Assembly (NCBI GenBank): GCA_963675755.2
Contig: CAXXMD010000003.1
Coordinates: 896,001 to 960,000, forward strand
Direction: 5' to 3'
Length of the DNA: 64,000 nucleotides
From: a bacterium
GTDB taxonomy: Bacteria; Zhuqueibacterota; Zhuqueibacteria; Residuimicrobiales; Krinioviventaceae
Part shown: piece by piece, positions 1-10,723 of the stretch
Numbering within the stretch: the first letter of the stretch is position 1
How the letters are laid out: the number at the start of each line of letters is the position of its first letter
The notes under the pieces: model-generated
Told to the model about the DNA's origin: nothing
Databases searched by the model: none
The model's input: only the letters and a program-made list of their open reading frames with translations
Translations under genes and position numbers: made by a program

Positions 1-1657
1 TTCGGTCTCTAACCACACGATTCAGATAATTATAAACCACTGCAAAAGAAAGACCCGCACAAATATCATTTTTAGGAATTCCCTGCTGTAAAAACGCGGT
101 AACATCTTTTTCCATAAAAACAGTACAGCGCTCACCCATTTTAATAGGAGATTCAGAGCTCATGGCAAGATCCGCAAACTCTTCTTTAATGGAAATACCC
201 ATTTTAGAAGCTTGTTCCTCGAGAAAAGAGCCTGTACCTGCAGCGCATGCTTCATTCATGGTAAAATCTACAACAATATCATCCTGAATGGAAATAAATT
301 TAGAGTCCTGACCGCCAATCTCAAAAATAGTGTCAACTTTTTCCTGACCCAGGATTTTCGCAATGGTCACGGCTCCGGTTTTATGGGCGGTAATTTCATC
401 ATTCACGGCGTCTGCGCCGGTCAACTCTCCAATCAACTCGCGACCTGATCCGGTAGTTCCCACACCTAAAATTCCAACACGTCCGCCCCACTTTTTGTCC
501 CAGAGTGCCAATTCTCGCTGAACCACCTCAATGGGTTTACCCTCGGTTCGGGTATATACGGAATCCAACACCTGGCTGTCTTTATCCAGCAATACTAAAT
601 TTGTACTGACAGACCCAATATCCAAACCCAAATAAGCGGAAATGGACTGGCTTTCTTGTTCGCTGGTAAAACCGTCTTTATGATTTATGTTAACTTTTTC
701 TGAATCAAGTTTACGGGTTCGGGGCAGCAAGTTGAGATTGGTATAAGAGCCAAAATGCGAATCTATTTGATCGCTTTTTATCTCTGCCGATTGCTCAAGT
801 AATGCACAGCCCAGTGCTGCAACATGCATGGGGAAATCGGGCACAACCAGTTCATCCAGCTTGAATATATCATGCATTGCCTGCACAACACCCCGGTTTG
901 CGGCAAGCCCGCCAACAAACACCACACCCGGCTTAAGGGCTTTGCCACGCATTACCGTGCCTTTATAATTTCGAACAACCGCCTCGCACAATCCCTTAAA
1001 GATTGCCGCGGGCGAAAAGCCTCTTTGCTGCGCGTGGATCATATCCGACTTGGCAAACACCGAGCAACGTCCAGCAATATTGGCAGTTGCATCTGCTGTC
1101 ATTACCAGATCGCCAATCTCAGTGATGGGAATGCCCAAACGTTCTGCCTGCTGATCAATAAACGACCCTGTTCCGGCGGCACAATCACCATTGCGCTCAT
1201 AATCCAGTATTGTTACTTTATCAGTATCTTTATCAAAGGCAACACGCAAGTAACGTGATTTGTCTCCACCAATTTCAATAATAGTTTTAACATTGGGTTC
1301 AAAAAAAGATGTACCCCTGCCAATACATTTAAATTCGTTCACATAGGGCGCTTTTAATATATCTGATACCAGTTTTCCCTGAGAGCCGGTAATACTTAGC
1401 TCAAGAGAAAAGTCGTTTAAAAATGACAGTACAGACAATGCCTGTCTGGCAGATTCAACAACATCTCCATATGTACGAATGGGGTCGGCAAACCATATCG
1501 CATGAGGTATATCATTTAAAACTATTGAATTTGCATGTTTTTGAAAATTTTCAGGGAAAGCATGCTCTTCTACATTAGGCGCCAACACAACCAATTTTGC
1601 GCTGATGGCGCCAATATCTAATCCTGCTCGTATTTTCTTTTCTTCCATATCGATCAT
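1..1657 (-). CDS. CoA-substrate-specific enzyme activase (2-hydroxyacyl-CoA dehydratase activator, BadF/BcrAD ATPase family), runs off the left edge
   Basis: Not in the ORF track; translated manually. Two tandem ASKHA domains: GLDIGAIS...EIGGDKS...CAAGTGSFIDQQAERL...RCSVFAKSD and GLDIGSVS...EIGGQDSK...CAAGTGSFLEEQA...RCTVF. Start at ATG 1657 or 1648. Confidence 0.88.
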   Translation of the reverse strand, partial: MIDMEEKKIRAGLDIGAISAKLVVLAPNVEEHAFPENFQKHANSIVLNDIPHAIWFADPIRTYGDVVESARQALSVLSFLNDFSLELSITGSQGKLVSDILKAPYVNEFKCIGRGTSFFEPNVKTIIEIGGDKSRYLRVAFDKDTDKVTILDYERNGDCAAGTGSFIDQQAERLGIPITEIGDLVMTADATANIAGRCSVFAKSDMIHAQQRGFSPAAIFKGLCEAVVRNYKGTVMRGKALKPGVVFVGGLAANRGVVQAMHDIFKLDELVVPDFPMHVAALGCALLEQSAEIKSDQIDSHFGSYTNLNLLPRTRKLDSEKVNINHKDGFTSEQESQSISAYLGLDIGSVSTNLVLLDKDSQVLDSVYTRTEGKPIEVVQRELALWDKKWGGRVGILGVGTTGSGRELIGELTGADAVNDEITAHKTGAVTIAKILGQEKVDTIFEIGGQDSKFISIQDDIVVDFTMNEACAAGTGSFLEEQASKMGISIKEEFADLAMSSESPIKMGERCTVFMEKDVTAFLQQGIPKNDICAGLSFAVVYNYLNRVVRDR

Positions 1658-1753
1658 TTATTTTAATAAAAAATAGTTTATAACTTAATAAACAATCTTG
1701 AATCTATCAAGAAGAATTACTGCAGCTTTCCTAAAAGTTGTAGCGTATCCAGA

Positions 1754-2455
1754 TCAATATCCAAAAAAGGATTCGGAAAGAATATTCTCTTTTTCCACAC
1801 CCAGGTTGTTCAGCGTTCCTGTCAATTCCTGAACCATTTGCGGAGGACCACACAAGTAAAAGACGTTATCATTAATGTTATCAATCTTTTTTTTCAAATA
1901 ATCATAATCAACTTTGACTTTTTCGCCATCCCATGTATCATCATCTGTCATTATTGGATTATATATGAACGCGTTGTTTTCAATCTCGTTAAAAAACGAA
2001 TGAAACGCTGCCGTATCCTGCTTTCTATTGGCATAGATCAGTCTTACCTGCTTGTTAAACGCATTATTTTCCAATAATTCTGTAATTATGCTCTTGAATG
2101 GTGTTATACCAATGCCCCCTGCAATAAATACAGAGGGTTTATCAGCATTATATACCATATTTCCCATGGGTCCCATAAATTCAAGTTCGGTATCCGGAGG
2201 GAGATCTATTATGGTTTTCTTGAATCCGCTTTCACTCAAACGGGTAGCAATACGAAGAACCGAATCTGCAGGTGACGACACAATGGTAAAGGTCCTGCGT
2301 GGACCTTTTTTATCATCGTACAGCAATTGCGGTAATTTTATATTAATATGCTGACCCGCTTGAAAACAAAAAGATTCAGGACGTTTGAAATTCAGTTCTA
2401 TAGTTTTTTCAGCAATCGTTGTTGTAGAGATCAAATATGTAGTATAGCTGTTCAT
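1754..2455 (-). CDS. FAD/NAD(P)-binding oxidoreductase (ferredoxin-NADP reductase family)
   Basis: RTFTIVSSP, FIAGGIGITPF and YLCGPPQM motifs; C-terminal ESFFGY. Confidence 0.85.
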   Translation of the reverse strand: MNSYTTYLISTTTIAEKTIELNFKRPESFCFQAGQHINIKLPQLLYDDKKGPRRTFTIVSSPADSVLRIATRLSESGFKKTIIDLPPDTELEFMGPMGNMVYNADKPSVFIAGGIGITPFKSIITELLENNAFNKQVRLIYANRKQDTAAFHSFFNEIENNAFIYNPIMTDDDTWDGEKVKVDYDYLKKKIDNINDNVFYLCGPPQMVQELTGTLNNLGVEKENILSESFFGY

Positions 2456-2473
2456 AGTTTGCTCAAAAATAAT

Positions 2474-4561
2474 TTATACCAAAACAAAATCAATAATTCG
2501 TTCATTCCTGTCAACATGGCTCACACGGATATTAACCTTGTCACCCAGTTTATATGACTTGCCAGAGGCCCTGCCAACAAATTTATATTTTTTCTCATCC
2601 AGAACGTAATAATCGTCCATCGTTTTAACATGTACCAATCCATCAACCAACAATTCCGGAATTTCAACAAAAAAGCCAAAAGGCAGCAAGCGTGTAATAA
2701 AACCGGAAAACTCGGAACCTAAATGCCGCTCCATAAACTCGGTCTGTTTGAGTTTGACAGAAGCCCGTTCTGCCTCAACGGCCTGAACTTCTCTATCTGA
2801 ACACATTACACACAATCGTTGTAATTCTTTTTGATTGATAAACGGTTCCTGCCTGACTGCATAGCGTTTCAAAAGGCGATGCACCAACAAATCCGGATAT
2901 CTTCGAATAGGAGAGGTAAAATGTGTATAAAAAGAATAGGCAAGTCCAAAATGACCCACATTCTTTGTACTGTACTGAGCCTTCATCATGGATCGGATCA
3001 GGCTGTCCTGCAAAATCACCGCGGACTGGTTCTTTTTAAACATTTCCGATAGTTTTTGAAAAAACTGTGGAGTAATTTTTTTTGGAGGTTTTGTATTGTA
3101 TCCAAAAGCTTTGATCAAATTGATCAACTCTGTTATCTTTTCCTCGCTGGGAACATCGTGAATCCTGTAAACAAAAGGAAGCGTATTGCCTGTTTCCTGC
3201 TTAATCTTTTCACCTACAAAGCTTGCAACGGTTTCATTGGCAAGCAGCATAAACTCTTCAATTAAACGATGCGCGTCCAACCGCTCACGACGACGAATAC
3301 TCGTGGGGTGACCCTGCTCATCCAAATCGATATAGATTTCCAGGCTGTCAAAATCGACACCGCCACGTTTGTCACGTTTTACAAGCAACTTTTTATAGAC
3401 GGCATACATATCTTTTAATACCGGTGCCAGGTCGCTTTCCAGCTTGCCATCCATAATATGCTGAGCCTGCTGATAAGTCAGCCGTTTGTGACTGTGGATT
3501 ACAGATTCTTTGATCTCAAAAGAGACCATATCCGCGTTGGGCCGTAGCTCCATCATAACACTGTAGCACAAACGATCTTTACCCTCAACTAGACTGCAAA
3601 GATGATTCGAGATTCGCTCCGGCAGCATGGGAATAACCCGGTCTACTAGGTATACCGATGTGCCTCTTTCCAAAGCTTCACGATCCAGATCGCTTTTAGG
3701 TTGTACATAATAGCTCACGTCAGCAATGTGCACACCCAGAAGCACATTACCGTTTTCAAGACGTTTTAAAGAAATTGCATCATCAAAATCTTTGGCATCT
3801 TCCGGATCAATGGTAAACACGATTTCATTACGCAGATCAAGACGACGTTCCAGCTCTTCTGTTGGTATATCATCCGGTATTTTCTCAGCATCTGCCATAA
3901 TCTTGTCCGGAAATGTTTCGGATAGATTATAATGATGAACCAGCGATAAAATATCAACGCCAGCCTTGTCCGGGGGTCCCAAAATTTCTACAATTTTACC
4001 GGCAGGATTAAGCTGATGGTGTTCCCACTCGGCTATTGTGACCACCACTTTTTCACCATCTTGAGCGCCTTGTTCCTCACCATGGGCAATAACAATATCA
4101 CGGTTGAATTTCAGATCATCGGGAACAACATAGCTGTAATACTTGCCCTGTATAAACGTACCCACAATTTTATTATGCACACGTTCTATAACTTTGGTTA
4201 TCATTCCTTCAGGACTTTTGCCCCGTGATGTAGCAAAAAGCCTGACCTGCACAACATCGTTGTGCAGCGCCAGGCTCATATTTTTTTGGCTTATAAAAAT
4301 ATCTTCACCATCTTCACGGCTTACAAAACCATATCCCTGAGAATTTACATGTAGTTTTCCAACTATTTCCGCATTGGCCGACGCCAGAGCAAACTTGTTC
4401 TTTTTAAGCTTTATCAGTTGGCCTTCACGAACCAGCTGACGCAAAGCATCGCGTAACTGCATGTATTTATGTTTGGGTATGTTTAATTTTCTTGAAATAT
4501 CTTTGGTTTTGTACATACCCGATGGATTAGATTTAAAAAAATCTAGAATGTTTTTTTGCAA
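2474..4561 (-). CDS. rnr: Ribonuclease R
   Basis: N-terminal HTH, cold-shock domains (GYGFV), RNB motifs TIDPEDAKDFDDA and HFTSPIRRYPDLLVHR, C-terminal S1. Confidence 0.95.
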   Translation of the reverse strand: MQKNILDFFKSNPSGMYKTKDISRKLNIPKHKYMQLRDALRQLVREGQLIKLKKNKFALASANAEIVGKLHVNSQGYGFVSREDGEDIFISQKNMSLALHNDVVQVRLFATSRGKSPEGMITKVIERVHNKIVGTFIQGKYYSYVVPDDLKFNRDIVIAHGEEQGAQDGEKVVVTIAEWEHHQLNPAGKIVEILGPPDKAGVDILSLVHHYNLSETFPDKIMADAEKIPDDIPTEELERRLDLRNEIVFTIDPEDAKDFDDAISLKRLENGNVLLGVHIADVSYYVQPKSDLDREALERGTSVYLVDRVIPMLPERISNHLCSLVEGKDRLCYSVMMELRPNADMVSFEIKESVIHSHKRLTYQQAQHIMDGKLESDLAPVLKDMYAVYKKLLVKRDKRGGVDFDSLEIYIDLDEQGHPTSIRRRERLDAHRLIEEFMLLANETVASFVGEKIKQETGNTLPFVYRIHDVPSEEKITELINLIKAFGYNTKPPKKITPQFFQKLSEMFKKNQSAVILQDSLIRSMMKAQYSTKNVGHFGLAYSFYTHFTSPIRRYPDLLVHRLLKRYAVRQEPFINQKELQRLCVMCSDREVQAVEAERASVKLKQTEFMERHLGSEFSGFITRLLPFGFFVEIPELLVDGLVHVKTMDDYYVLDEKKYKFVGRASGKSYKLGDKVNIRVSHVDRNERIIDFVLV

Positions 4562-4571
4562 TATAACCTGC

Positions 4572-5234
4572 TTATCTCCTGAAGCGAGTATTTGTTTTTA
4601 CTTCTTCAAGGTATTTAGTCCAGGCAGATTCAGGATATTTTTCAATAAAATATTCTTCAACAGGTCCTACATTCAAAACTGTGCCATCAACCAGCTTGTA
4701 ATCTGTAAATGTTGGTTTAACGACATACTTTGTTTGACCTGTACTGCCACTCATTTTATCTAATTTAAATACAGTATGCTGCAACGATTGAATTCTACCT
4801 TTGGGTTCAAAAGGAAAATATTGTGCAGTAAACTGAACGGGAGATTCGGCATTCTCAACACGGTATGGATCGGTTGATAAACGCAGACGATTGGTAACAG
4901 TAATAGCGCGACTGGGACGACCAATTATACCACGAACACCCTTGATTGCATATTCACCCATGGGTACATCTGCAAGAGCAAAGTATCCTTCTTCATCGGA
5001 TTTGGTCCAGATACCCAGTTCTTTACCATCATTTGTCTTGCCCACAATGGCTACTTCCAAACCACCGAATGTTACACCTGTTTCGTCAGAATAGTAATCA
5101 TCTTCAACGATAATTTGACCAATAACCAGCATGGTATTTTCTGAAGTAGGTTCCTTGAATACACCCAAAGTAGAGGCGCAACCCAGGCCCAGCATCATGG
5201 CCGCAATAACCAGTAAAAGCGTTACTCTTTTCAT
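4572..5234 (-). CDS. Hypothetical lipoprotein
   Basis: Signal peptide with lipobox LGLGC; GGAG RBS; beta-rich SDEEGYF motif. Confidence 0.7.
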   Translation of the reverse strand: MKRVTLLLVIAAMMLGLGCASTLGVFKEPTSENTMLVIGQIIVEDDYYSDETGVTFGGLEVAIVGKTNDGKELGIWTKSDEEGYFALADVPMGEYAIKGVRGIIGRPSRAITVTNRLRLSTDPYRVENAESPVQFTAQYFPFEPKGRIQSLQHTVFKLDKMSGSTGQTKYVVKPTFTDYKLVDGTVLNVGPVEEYFIEKYPESAWTKYLEEVKTNTRFRR

Positions 5235-5249
5235 TTTTCACTCCCTGAA

Positions 5250-6629
5250 TTAAAATTCAAAATCACTGTCAGTAAATTCAACTGCAGAATAATTTGACAA
5301 TTTTTCTTTAAATAAATTCACAATTTCTGTTAATCTCTGTTTTGTTTTGGCTTCAAAGCGCAGAACCAATGTAGGTTCAGTGTTCGATGCCCTAACCAGG
5401 CCCCAGCCATCACCAAATTCTACACGTGCGCCATCAATATCGATGGTTTCATACTCTTTACTGAAATCCTGAACAAGCCCTTTAACAACATCAAACTTGG
5501 CTTCATCCGAACATTCTACACGAATTTCAGGAGTCGATTCAAAAGACGGAATCTCTGCAACAAGTTCAGAAAATGTTTTATCAGTGTTTGTAAGAATCTC
5601 CAACAACCGGCCAGAGGCATAAATACCATCATCAAATCCATAAAAATCGTCAGCAAAAAATATATGGCCCGATAATTCACCAGCAAAAGGTGCTTTGGTT
5701 TCTTTCATTTTTGCTTTCATGATGGAATGCCCGGTTTGCCACATGAGCGGTTTGCCGCCATGTTTTTTTATCATTTCAGGAACAGCTTGAGAACATTTCA
5801 CATCAAAAATTATTTGTGAATTGGGTTTACGCTTCAAGACATCAATACTGAACAATGTTAAAAGTGTATCCGCATAAATCAAATTTCCTTTTTCATCAAC
5901 AGCACCAACCCGATCAGAATCACCATCATACGCCAGGCCTACATCTGCACCCTCTTTTACTACCAGATCACAAAGATCTTTCATATATTTCGGCACAGCA
6001 GGGTCAGGCAAGTGATTGGGGAAATTACCATCCGGTTCACAATACAGTGGAATCACTTCCATACCCAATTCTTTCCACAAATCCGGTGCAATAGGTCCGG
6101 CAGTTGCATTACCAGCATCGATAACAATTTTGAGTGACTTTTTAAAATTAAATTTAGATTTCAGCATCTCCAAATAATCCGGCATTACATCTACCTGAGT
6201 AATGTTACCGGGTTCTGCCGTTACAAAATCCTCTTCAAGAATTATACGTTTAATTTCCTGAATATCCTCACCAAAAACACTACCAATACCTTCACACATT
6301 TTAAAACCATTATAAGCAATAGGATTATGGCTTCCTGTAATCATTACGCCACCATCACTATTTAAATGTACGATAGAAAAGTAAAGTGTAGGAGTTGTTA
6401 CTTGTCCAATTTCAATTACATCCAGTCCGGTTGAAGTAACACCCTGAATATACAAATTTGCTAAATGTGGAGAAGAAACACGCAAATCATAGCCCACATT
6501 CACTGTCTTGAGACCACGTCTACTCATTAATGTACCATAGCCTTTTCCTAGATTTAATACCACATCATCAGGCAGATGGGTTTCAACAATACCTCGAATA
6601 TCGTATTGCCGAAAAATACTAACGTTCAT
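5250..6629 (-). CDS. Phosphomannomutase/phosphoglucomutase (AlgC-like)
   Basis: FRQYDIRG, TGSHNP phosphoserine loop, DGDSDR metal loop, GELSGH, RASNTEP. Confidence 0.93.
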   Translation of the reverse strand: MNVSIFRQYDIRGIVETHLPDDVVLNLGKGYGTLMSRRGLKTVNVGYDLRVSSPHLANLYIQGVTSTGLDVIEIGQVTTPTLYFSIVHLNSDGGVMITGSHNPIAYNGFKMCEGIGSVFGEDIQEIKRIILEEDFVTAEPGNITQVDVMPDYLEMLKSKFNFKKSLKIVIDAGNATAGPIAPDLWKELGMEVIPLYCEPDGNFPNHLPDPAVPKYMKDLCDLVVKEGADVGLAYDGDSDRVGAVDEKGNLIYADTLLTLFSIDVLKRKPNSQIIFDVKCSQAVPEMIKKHGGKPLMWQTGHSIMKAKMKETKAPFAGELSGHIFFADDFYGFDDGIYASGRLLEILTNTDKTFSELVAEIPSFESTPEIRVECSDEAKFDVVKGLVQDFSKEYETIDIDGARVEFGDGWGLVRASNTEPTLVLRFEAKTKQRLTEIVNLFKEKLSNYSAVEFTDSDFEF

Positions 6630-6643
6630 GAAAATGATCTCCT

Positions 6644-7528
6644 CTATTTTTTCAATTCAATAATCCGGTCTTTATCGGCCAAATCTTTATGTACATGGCA
6701 CTCTGAAAATCCATGAGAGCTATATAAATCTATCAATACATTAGCCTGCGTCTCTCCGATCTCAAAAAAGAGTGTGCCGTTTTCTTTTAACAGGCTTTTT
6801 GAAATTTCTAAAAATTGTTTATAAAAATCAAGCCCTTCCTCACCGGCAAGTAAAGCAATTTCCGGCTCAAAATGCTTAATTTCAAGTGGTAAATTATCAA
6901 ATTCGGTGCGAGACACATATGGCGGATTTGAAACTATAACATCAAAATACAGATTATATTCCATAGGCCAGGGCTTTAAAGCATCGTGATGTAAAAACGT
7001 AACCCTGTCCGCAACACCCAGCAATTCCGCGTTTTCTTTGGCAATTACAATAGCGTCCTGAGAAATATCTGTTGTTACAATTGTTAAATCAGGGGCCATA
7101 CTTGCCAGAGACAAAGGTATATTGCCGGAACCGGTACCTACATCCAGTACTGAACAGGGATGGTCAAACTGCCCTGTTAATTCAAGCACCTTATCTACAA
7201 GCAATTCAGTTTCAGGTCGGGGAACCAACACACCGGGCCTCACTTTGAAAGGCAGCCCCATAAACTCGGCTTCCCCCAGAACGTATTGCAACGGCTCATG
7301 AGCCGTTCGTCTTTTTAATAATATTTTGAAATTCGCCAGTTCTTCAGGCGTCAAGGGACGGTCAAAATTCAAATACAGATCAACCCGTTTAAAACCCAGC
7401 ACATGGGCCAGCATCATTTCCACATTTAGACGACTATTCTCAAACTCTTTTTCTTCAAGATACTGGGTAGTCCAGTTTAACAACTCGAGAACAGTCCAAC
7501 GTTTTTTTTTCGGGTCAGTTGTGGACAC
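6644..7528 (-). CDS. prmC: Release factor glutamine methyltransferase
   Basis: PLQYVLG, LVPRPETE, DVGTGSG and SNPPY motifs; directly downstream of prfA. Confidence 0.95.
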   Translation of the reverse strand: MSTTDPKKKRWTVLELLNWTTQYLEEKEFENSRLNVEMMLAHVLGFKRVDLYLNFDRPLTPEELANFKILLKRRTAHEPLQYVLGEAEFMGLPFKVRPGVLVPRPETELLVDKVLELTGQFDHPCSVLDVGTGSGNIPLSLASMAPDLTIVTTDISQDAIVIAKENAELLGVADRVTFLHHDALKPWPMEYNLYFDVIVSNPPYVSRTEFDNLPLEIKHFEPEIALLAGEEGLDFYKQFLEISKSLLKENGTLFFEIGETQANVLIDLYSSHGFSECHVHKDLADKDRIIELKK

Positions 7529-7532
7529 GGAA

Positions 7533-8597
7533 TCAATCCAGATGTTTTAATTTCTCGGTTCGTTCAGCAATTTTTAACTGCTCAATCACTTCACTCAAAT
7601 CACCCTGCAGAATTTCTTCAAGACGGTATAATGTTAAACCAATTCGATGGTCTGTAACCCGGCCTTGAGGAAAATTATAAGTTCTGATCTTTGCGCTGCG
7701 GTCACCGGTACTTACCATAGAACGACGTTCCTGACTAAGCTTGTCCTGTTCTTCCTGGAGGGCTTTTTCATATAATCTTGAACGCAAAACCTTGAGCGCT
7801 TTGGCGCGGTTTTTATGTTGAGACTTTTCATCCTGACAGGTCACAACCATACCGGTGGGTATATGTGTAATTCGTACCGCGGAATCCGTTGTATTTACAC
7901 TTTGGCCGCCAGGACCAGAAGATCTGTAAACATCTATACGTAAATCATTGGCAGCAATTTGAACATCTATTTCTTCAGCTTCGGGCAGCACAGCTACCGT
8001 TGCCGCAGAGGTATGTATACGCCCACTGGTTTCAGTGTCCGGCACACGCTGCACCCGATGCACACCCGCTTCATATTTCATATAGCCGTAAACATCCTGT
8101 CCGCTGAGAGAAAAAATGATTTCACGAAAACCACCAATACCTTGTGGATTCGAGTTCATGATATCAATCTTCCATTTGTTCCGCTCGGCGTATTTCTGGT
8201 ACATTCTGTACAGATCACCAGCAAAAAGACCCGCTTCATCGCCACCAGTACCTGCCCTGATTTCAATCACGGCATTACGGGCATCCTGTGGGTCTTTGGG
8301 AATCAGCATAATACGGAGCTGTTCTTCAAGCGCAGTCTTGGTTTCTTCCAGTTCAGCCAATTCTGCCTCTGCAAGCTCACGCATTTCATCATCAGATTCC
8401 TGCAGCAGTTCTTTGGCGCCGTCAATATCTTCAATTATTTTTTTGTAATTTTTGTATTCTCGGACAATGGGAGCAAGGTCACTTTCTTCCTTTGCCACTT
8501 CGCGGTAAACATTGGGGTTACTGGCAACCTCGGGGTCACCCATTCTTTGTTCCAACTCGGAATACCGGTCTACAAGATTTTCTAATTTGTCTAACAC
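7533..8597 (-). CDS. prfA: Peptide chain release factor 1
   Basis: EIRAGTGGDEA, VPDTE (PxT motif), GPGGQSVN, IRTYNFPQGRVTDHRI. Confidence 0.97.
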   Translation of the reverse strand: MLDKLENLVDRYSELEQRMGDPEVASNPNVYREVAKEESDLAPIVREYKNYKKIIEDIDGAKELLQESDDEMRELAEAELAELEETKTALEEQLRIMLIPKDPQDARNAVIEIRAGTGGDEAGLFAGDLYRMYQKYAERNKWKIDIMNSNPQGIGGFREIIFSLSGQDVYGYMKYEAGVHRVQRVPDTETSGRIHTSAATVAVLPEAEEIDVQIAANDLRIDVYRSSGPGGQSVNTTDSAVRITHIPTGMVVTCQDEKSQHKNRAKALKVLRSRLYEKALQEEQDKLSQERRSMVSTGDRSAKIRTYNFPQGRVTDHRIGLTLYRLEEILQGDLSEVIEQLKIAERTEKLKHLD

Positions 8598-8620
8598 GTA
8601 TTATTCCATTTAATTAAACC

Positions 8621-8674
8621 AAAAAAAAAACGGAATAATACCCGTGCAAAACAGGTATAATATTCCGTTTTTTT
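8621..8674 (-). terminator. Intrinsic terminator between rpmE and prfA
   Basis: Imperfect stem AAAACGGAATA..TACC / GGTA..TATTCCGTTTT followed by T10 on the minus strand. Confidence 0.7.
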
Positions 8675-8687
8675 CAAGTGAATATAT

Positions 8688-8909
8688 TTACTTGGCCGCT
8701 TGCTGCTTGTTGTAATTTCCATATTTTTTACGGAATTTATCAACTCGTCCTGCGGTATCAACCAATTTTTGCTTACCGGTAAAAAATGGATGACATTCGG
8801 AACAAATTTCCACCTGTATATCACCTACGGTAGAACGAGTTTGAAATGTATTCCCACATGCACAAGAGACCGTACATATTTCGTATTGGGGATGTATTTC
8901 TGGTTTCAA
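8688..8909 (-). CDS. rpmE: 50S ribosomal protein L31, zinc-binding type A
   Basis: [12 protein letters not shown]...[16 protein letters not shown]; TTG start at 8909 with GGAGG RBS at 8916-8920. Confidence 0.95.
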   Translation of the reverse strand: MKPEIHPQYEICTVSCACGNTFQTRSTVGDIQVEICSECHPFFTGKQKLVDTAGRVDKFRKKYGNYNKQQAAK

Positions 8910-8996
8910 AACTAACCTCCTGGTCAACAAAACGCTAAATTTCTTTTTACAGAAGATAAAGTTATATAAAAAAAATCAAAAAAGCAAGAAAAAATC

Positions 8997-10244
8997 TTAC
9001 ATACTCATTGAATCAAGGAAAATTTTATTAGCTTTTGTTCCCTGCATTTTGCCCAGCATGAATTCCATCGCCTCTACCGGTGTCAATTCAGCCAGTAATT
9101 TACGAAGGATCCAAACACGGTTCAATTCTTTATCCGGCAGCAGTAATTCTTCCTTACGGGTGCTTGAACGGTTCACATCAATTGCCGGGAAGATACGACG
9201 ATCAGACAAACGACGATCCAATACAAGCTCCATGTTACCGGTACCTTTAAATTCTTCAAAAATAACTTCATCCATACGGCTACCGGTATCGATTAATGCA
9301 GTAGCGATGATGGTCAAACTTCCACCTTCTTCTATGTTACGTGCAGCACCAAAGAAGCGTTTCGGTCTATGCAGTGCGTTTGCATCCACACCACCTGAAA
9401 GGATTTTGCCACTATGAGGTACAACCGCATTGTGCGCACGGGCCAAACGGGTAATACTGTCCAGCAGAATAACAACGTCCTGACCGTATTCAATGAGACG
9501 TTTTGATTTCTCAAGCACCATATCCGCAACCTGAACATGTCGTTCTGCAGGCTCATCAAATGTTGAACTGACCACTTCGGCGTTCACTGAACGTTCCATA
9601 TCGGTTACTTCTTCAGGACGTTCATCGATCAGCAATACAATCAGTTTGACTTCGGGATGATTTTTTGAAATGGCGTTGGCAATTTTCTGCAAAAGGATGG
9701 TTTTACCGGTTTTGGGCTGAGCTACAATAAGACCACGCTGTCCCTTACCAATTGGCGTAAGCAGATTCATGATACGCATTGAATACTCACGGGGAGTGGA
9801 TTCAAGATCAATCCGCTCTTCCGGATACAGTGGTGTAAGATTGTCGAACAGGATCTTTGATTTAGCTTCTTCAGGATTTTCAAAGTTGATAGCTTCAACC
9901 TTGAGCAACGCGAAAAAACGCTCGTTTTCTTTTGGGGGCCGTATCTGACCTGAAATTGTGTCACCGGTCCTCATTCCAAAACGTTTGATTTGAGACGGTG
10001 ATACATAAATATCATCCGGACCGGGCAGATAATTGAATCCCGGAGAACGCAAAAAACCGTATCCATCAGGTAAAACTTCTAATACACCTTCGCCAAAAAT
10101 CAAACCTTCTTTTTTGGTTTGTTCTTCCAAAATTTTAAAGATCAGCTCGGCCTTTTTCAAACCCGTAATGCCTGATACACCAAGCTCCTGGGCCATTTGT
10201 GTCAATTCAGCAATCTTTAACACTTTGAGTTCAGCAATGTCCAT
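8997..10244 (-). CDS. rho: Transcription termination factor Rho
   Basis: [45 protein letters not shown]. Confidence 0.98.
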   Translation of the reverse strand: MDIAELKVLKIAELTQMAQELGVSGITGLKKAELIFKILEEQTKKEGLIFGEGVLEVLPDGYGFLRSPGFNYLPGPDDIYVSPSQIKRFGMRTGDTISGQIRPPKENERFFALLKVEAINFENPEEAKSKILFDNLTPLYPEERIDLESTPREYSMRIMNLLTPIGKGQRGLIVAQPKTGKTILLQKIANAISKNHPEVKLIVLLIDERPEEVTDMERSVNAEVVSSTFDEPAERHVQVADMVLEKSKRLIEYGQDVVILLDSITRLARAHNAVVPHSGKILSGGVDANALHRPKRFFGAARNIEEGGSLTIIATALIDTGSRMDEVIFEEFKGTGNMELVLDRRLSDRRIFPAIDVNRSSTRKEELLLPDKELNRVWILRKLLAELTPVEAMEFMLGKMQGTKANKIFLDSMSM

Positions 10245-10694
10245 GAATCTCCTCTTAATTTATTTGGTTCTAAACATTAATTTCAATTATTCCTGATTTG
10301 AATTTAATTGATGGCAAGTCTTTTATCAGAATAGACAAACAGTTGTCCCCTGTTTATATGCCGATATGTTCCCTGTAAAAAATCAGGATGCTTTTTATTT
10401 TTATTAATTGTACTACCAGAGTAGAATTATTTTTTTGGTTATGTAATTTCAAATATTTAATATCTTGTAAACAGCGTCATTCTAATTGACAAACCTGTTT
10501 ATTCCACATGCGTTCTTTGAGTTCGTTATAATCAAAATACCAGTCTAATTCAGGCTATTCTTTATGACCCCTAATTTCACTCTTTTTTGTTTTCAATATC
10601 AATATTCAGCAAAATGTCAATTAACTTAACCATGTAGCATAAAGGAGAATTATCTGGAGTGTTAATATCCATGAGGTAATGAAGATTACAGCTA

Positions 10695-10723
10695 AAATTA
10701 TAAATTTTTTTTCAGCTTGTCAA
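10695..10723 (-). promoter_or_regulatory. Sigma70-type promoter upstream of rho, overlapping the folC stop
   Basis: TTGACA (10723-10718) with TATAAT at 15-nt spacing or TAATTT at 17-nt spacing. Confidence 0.5.
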
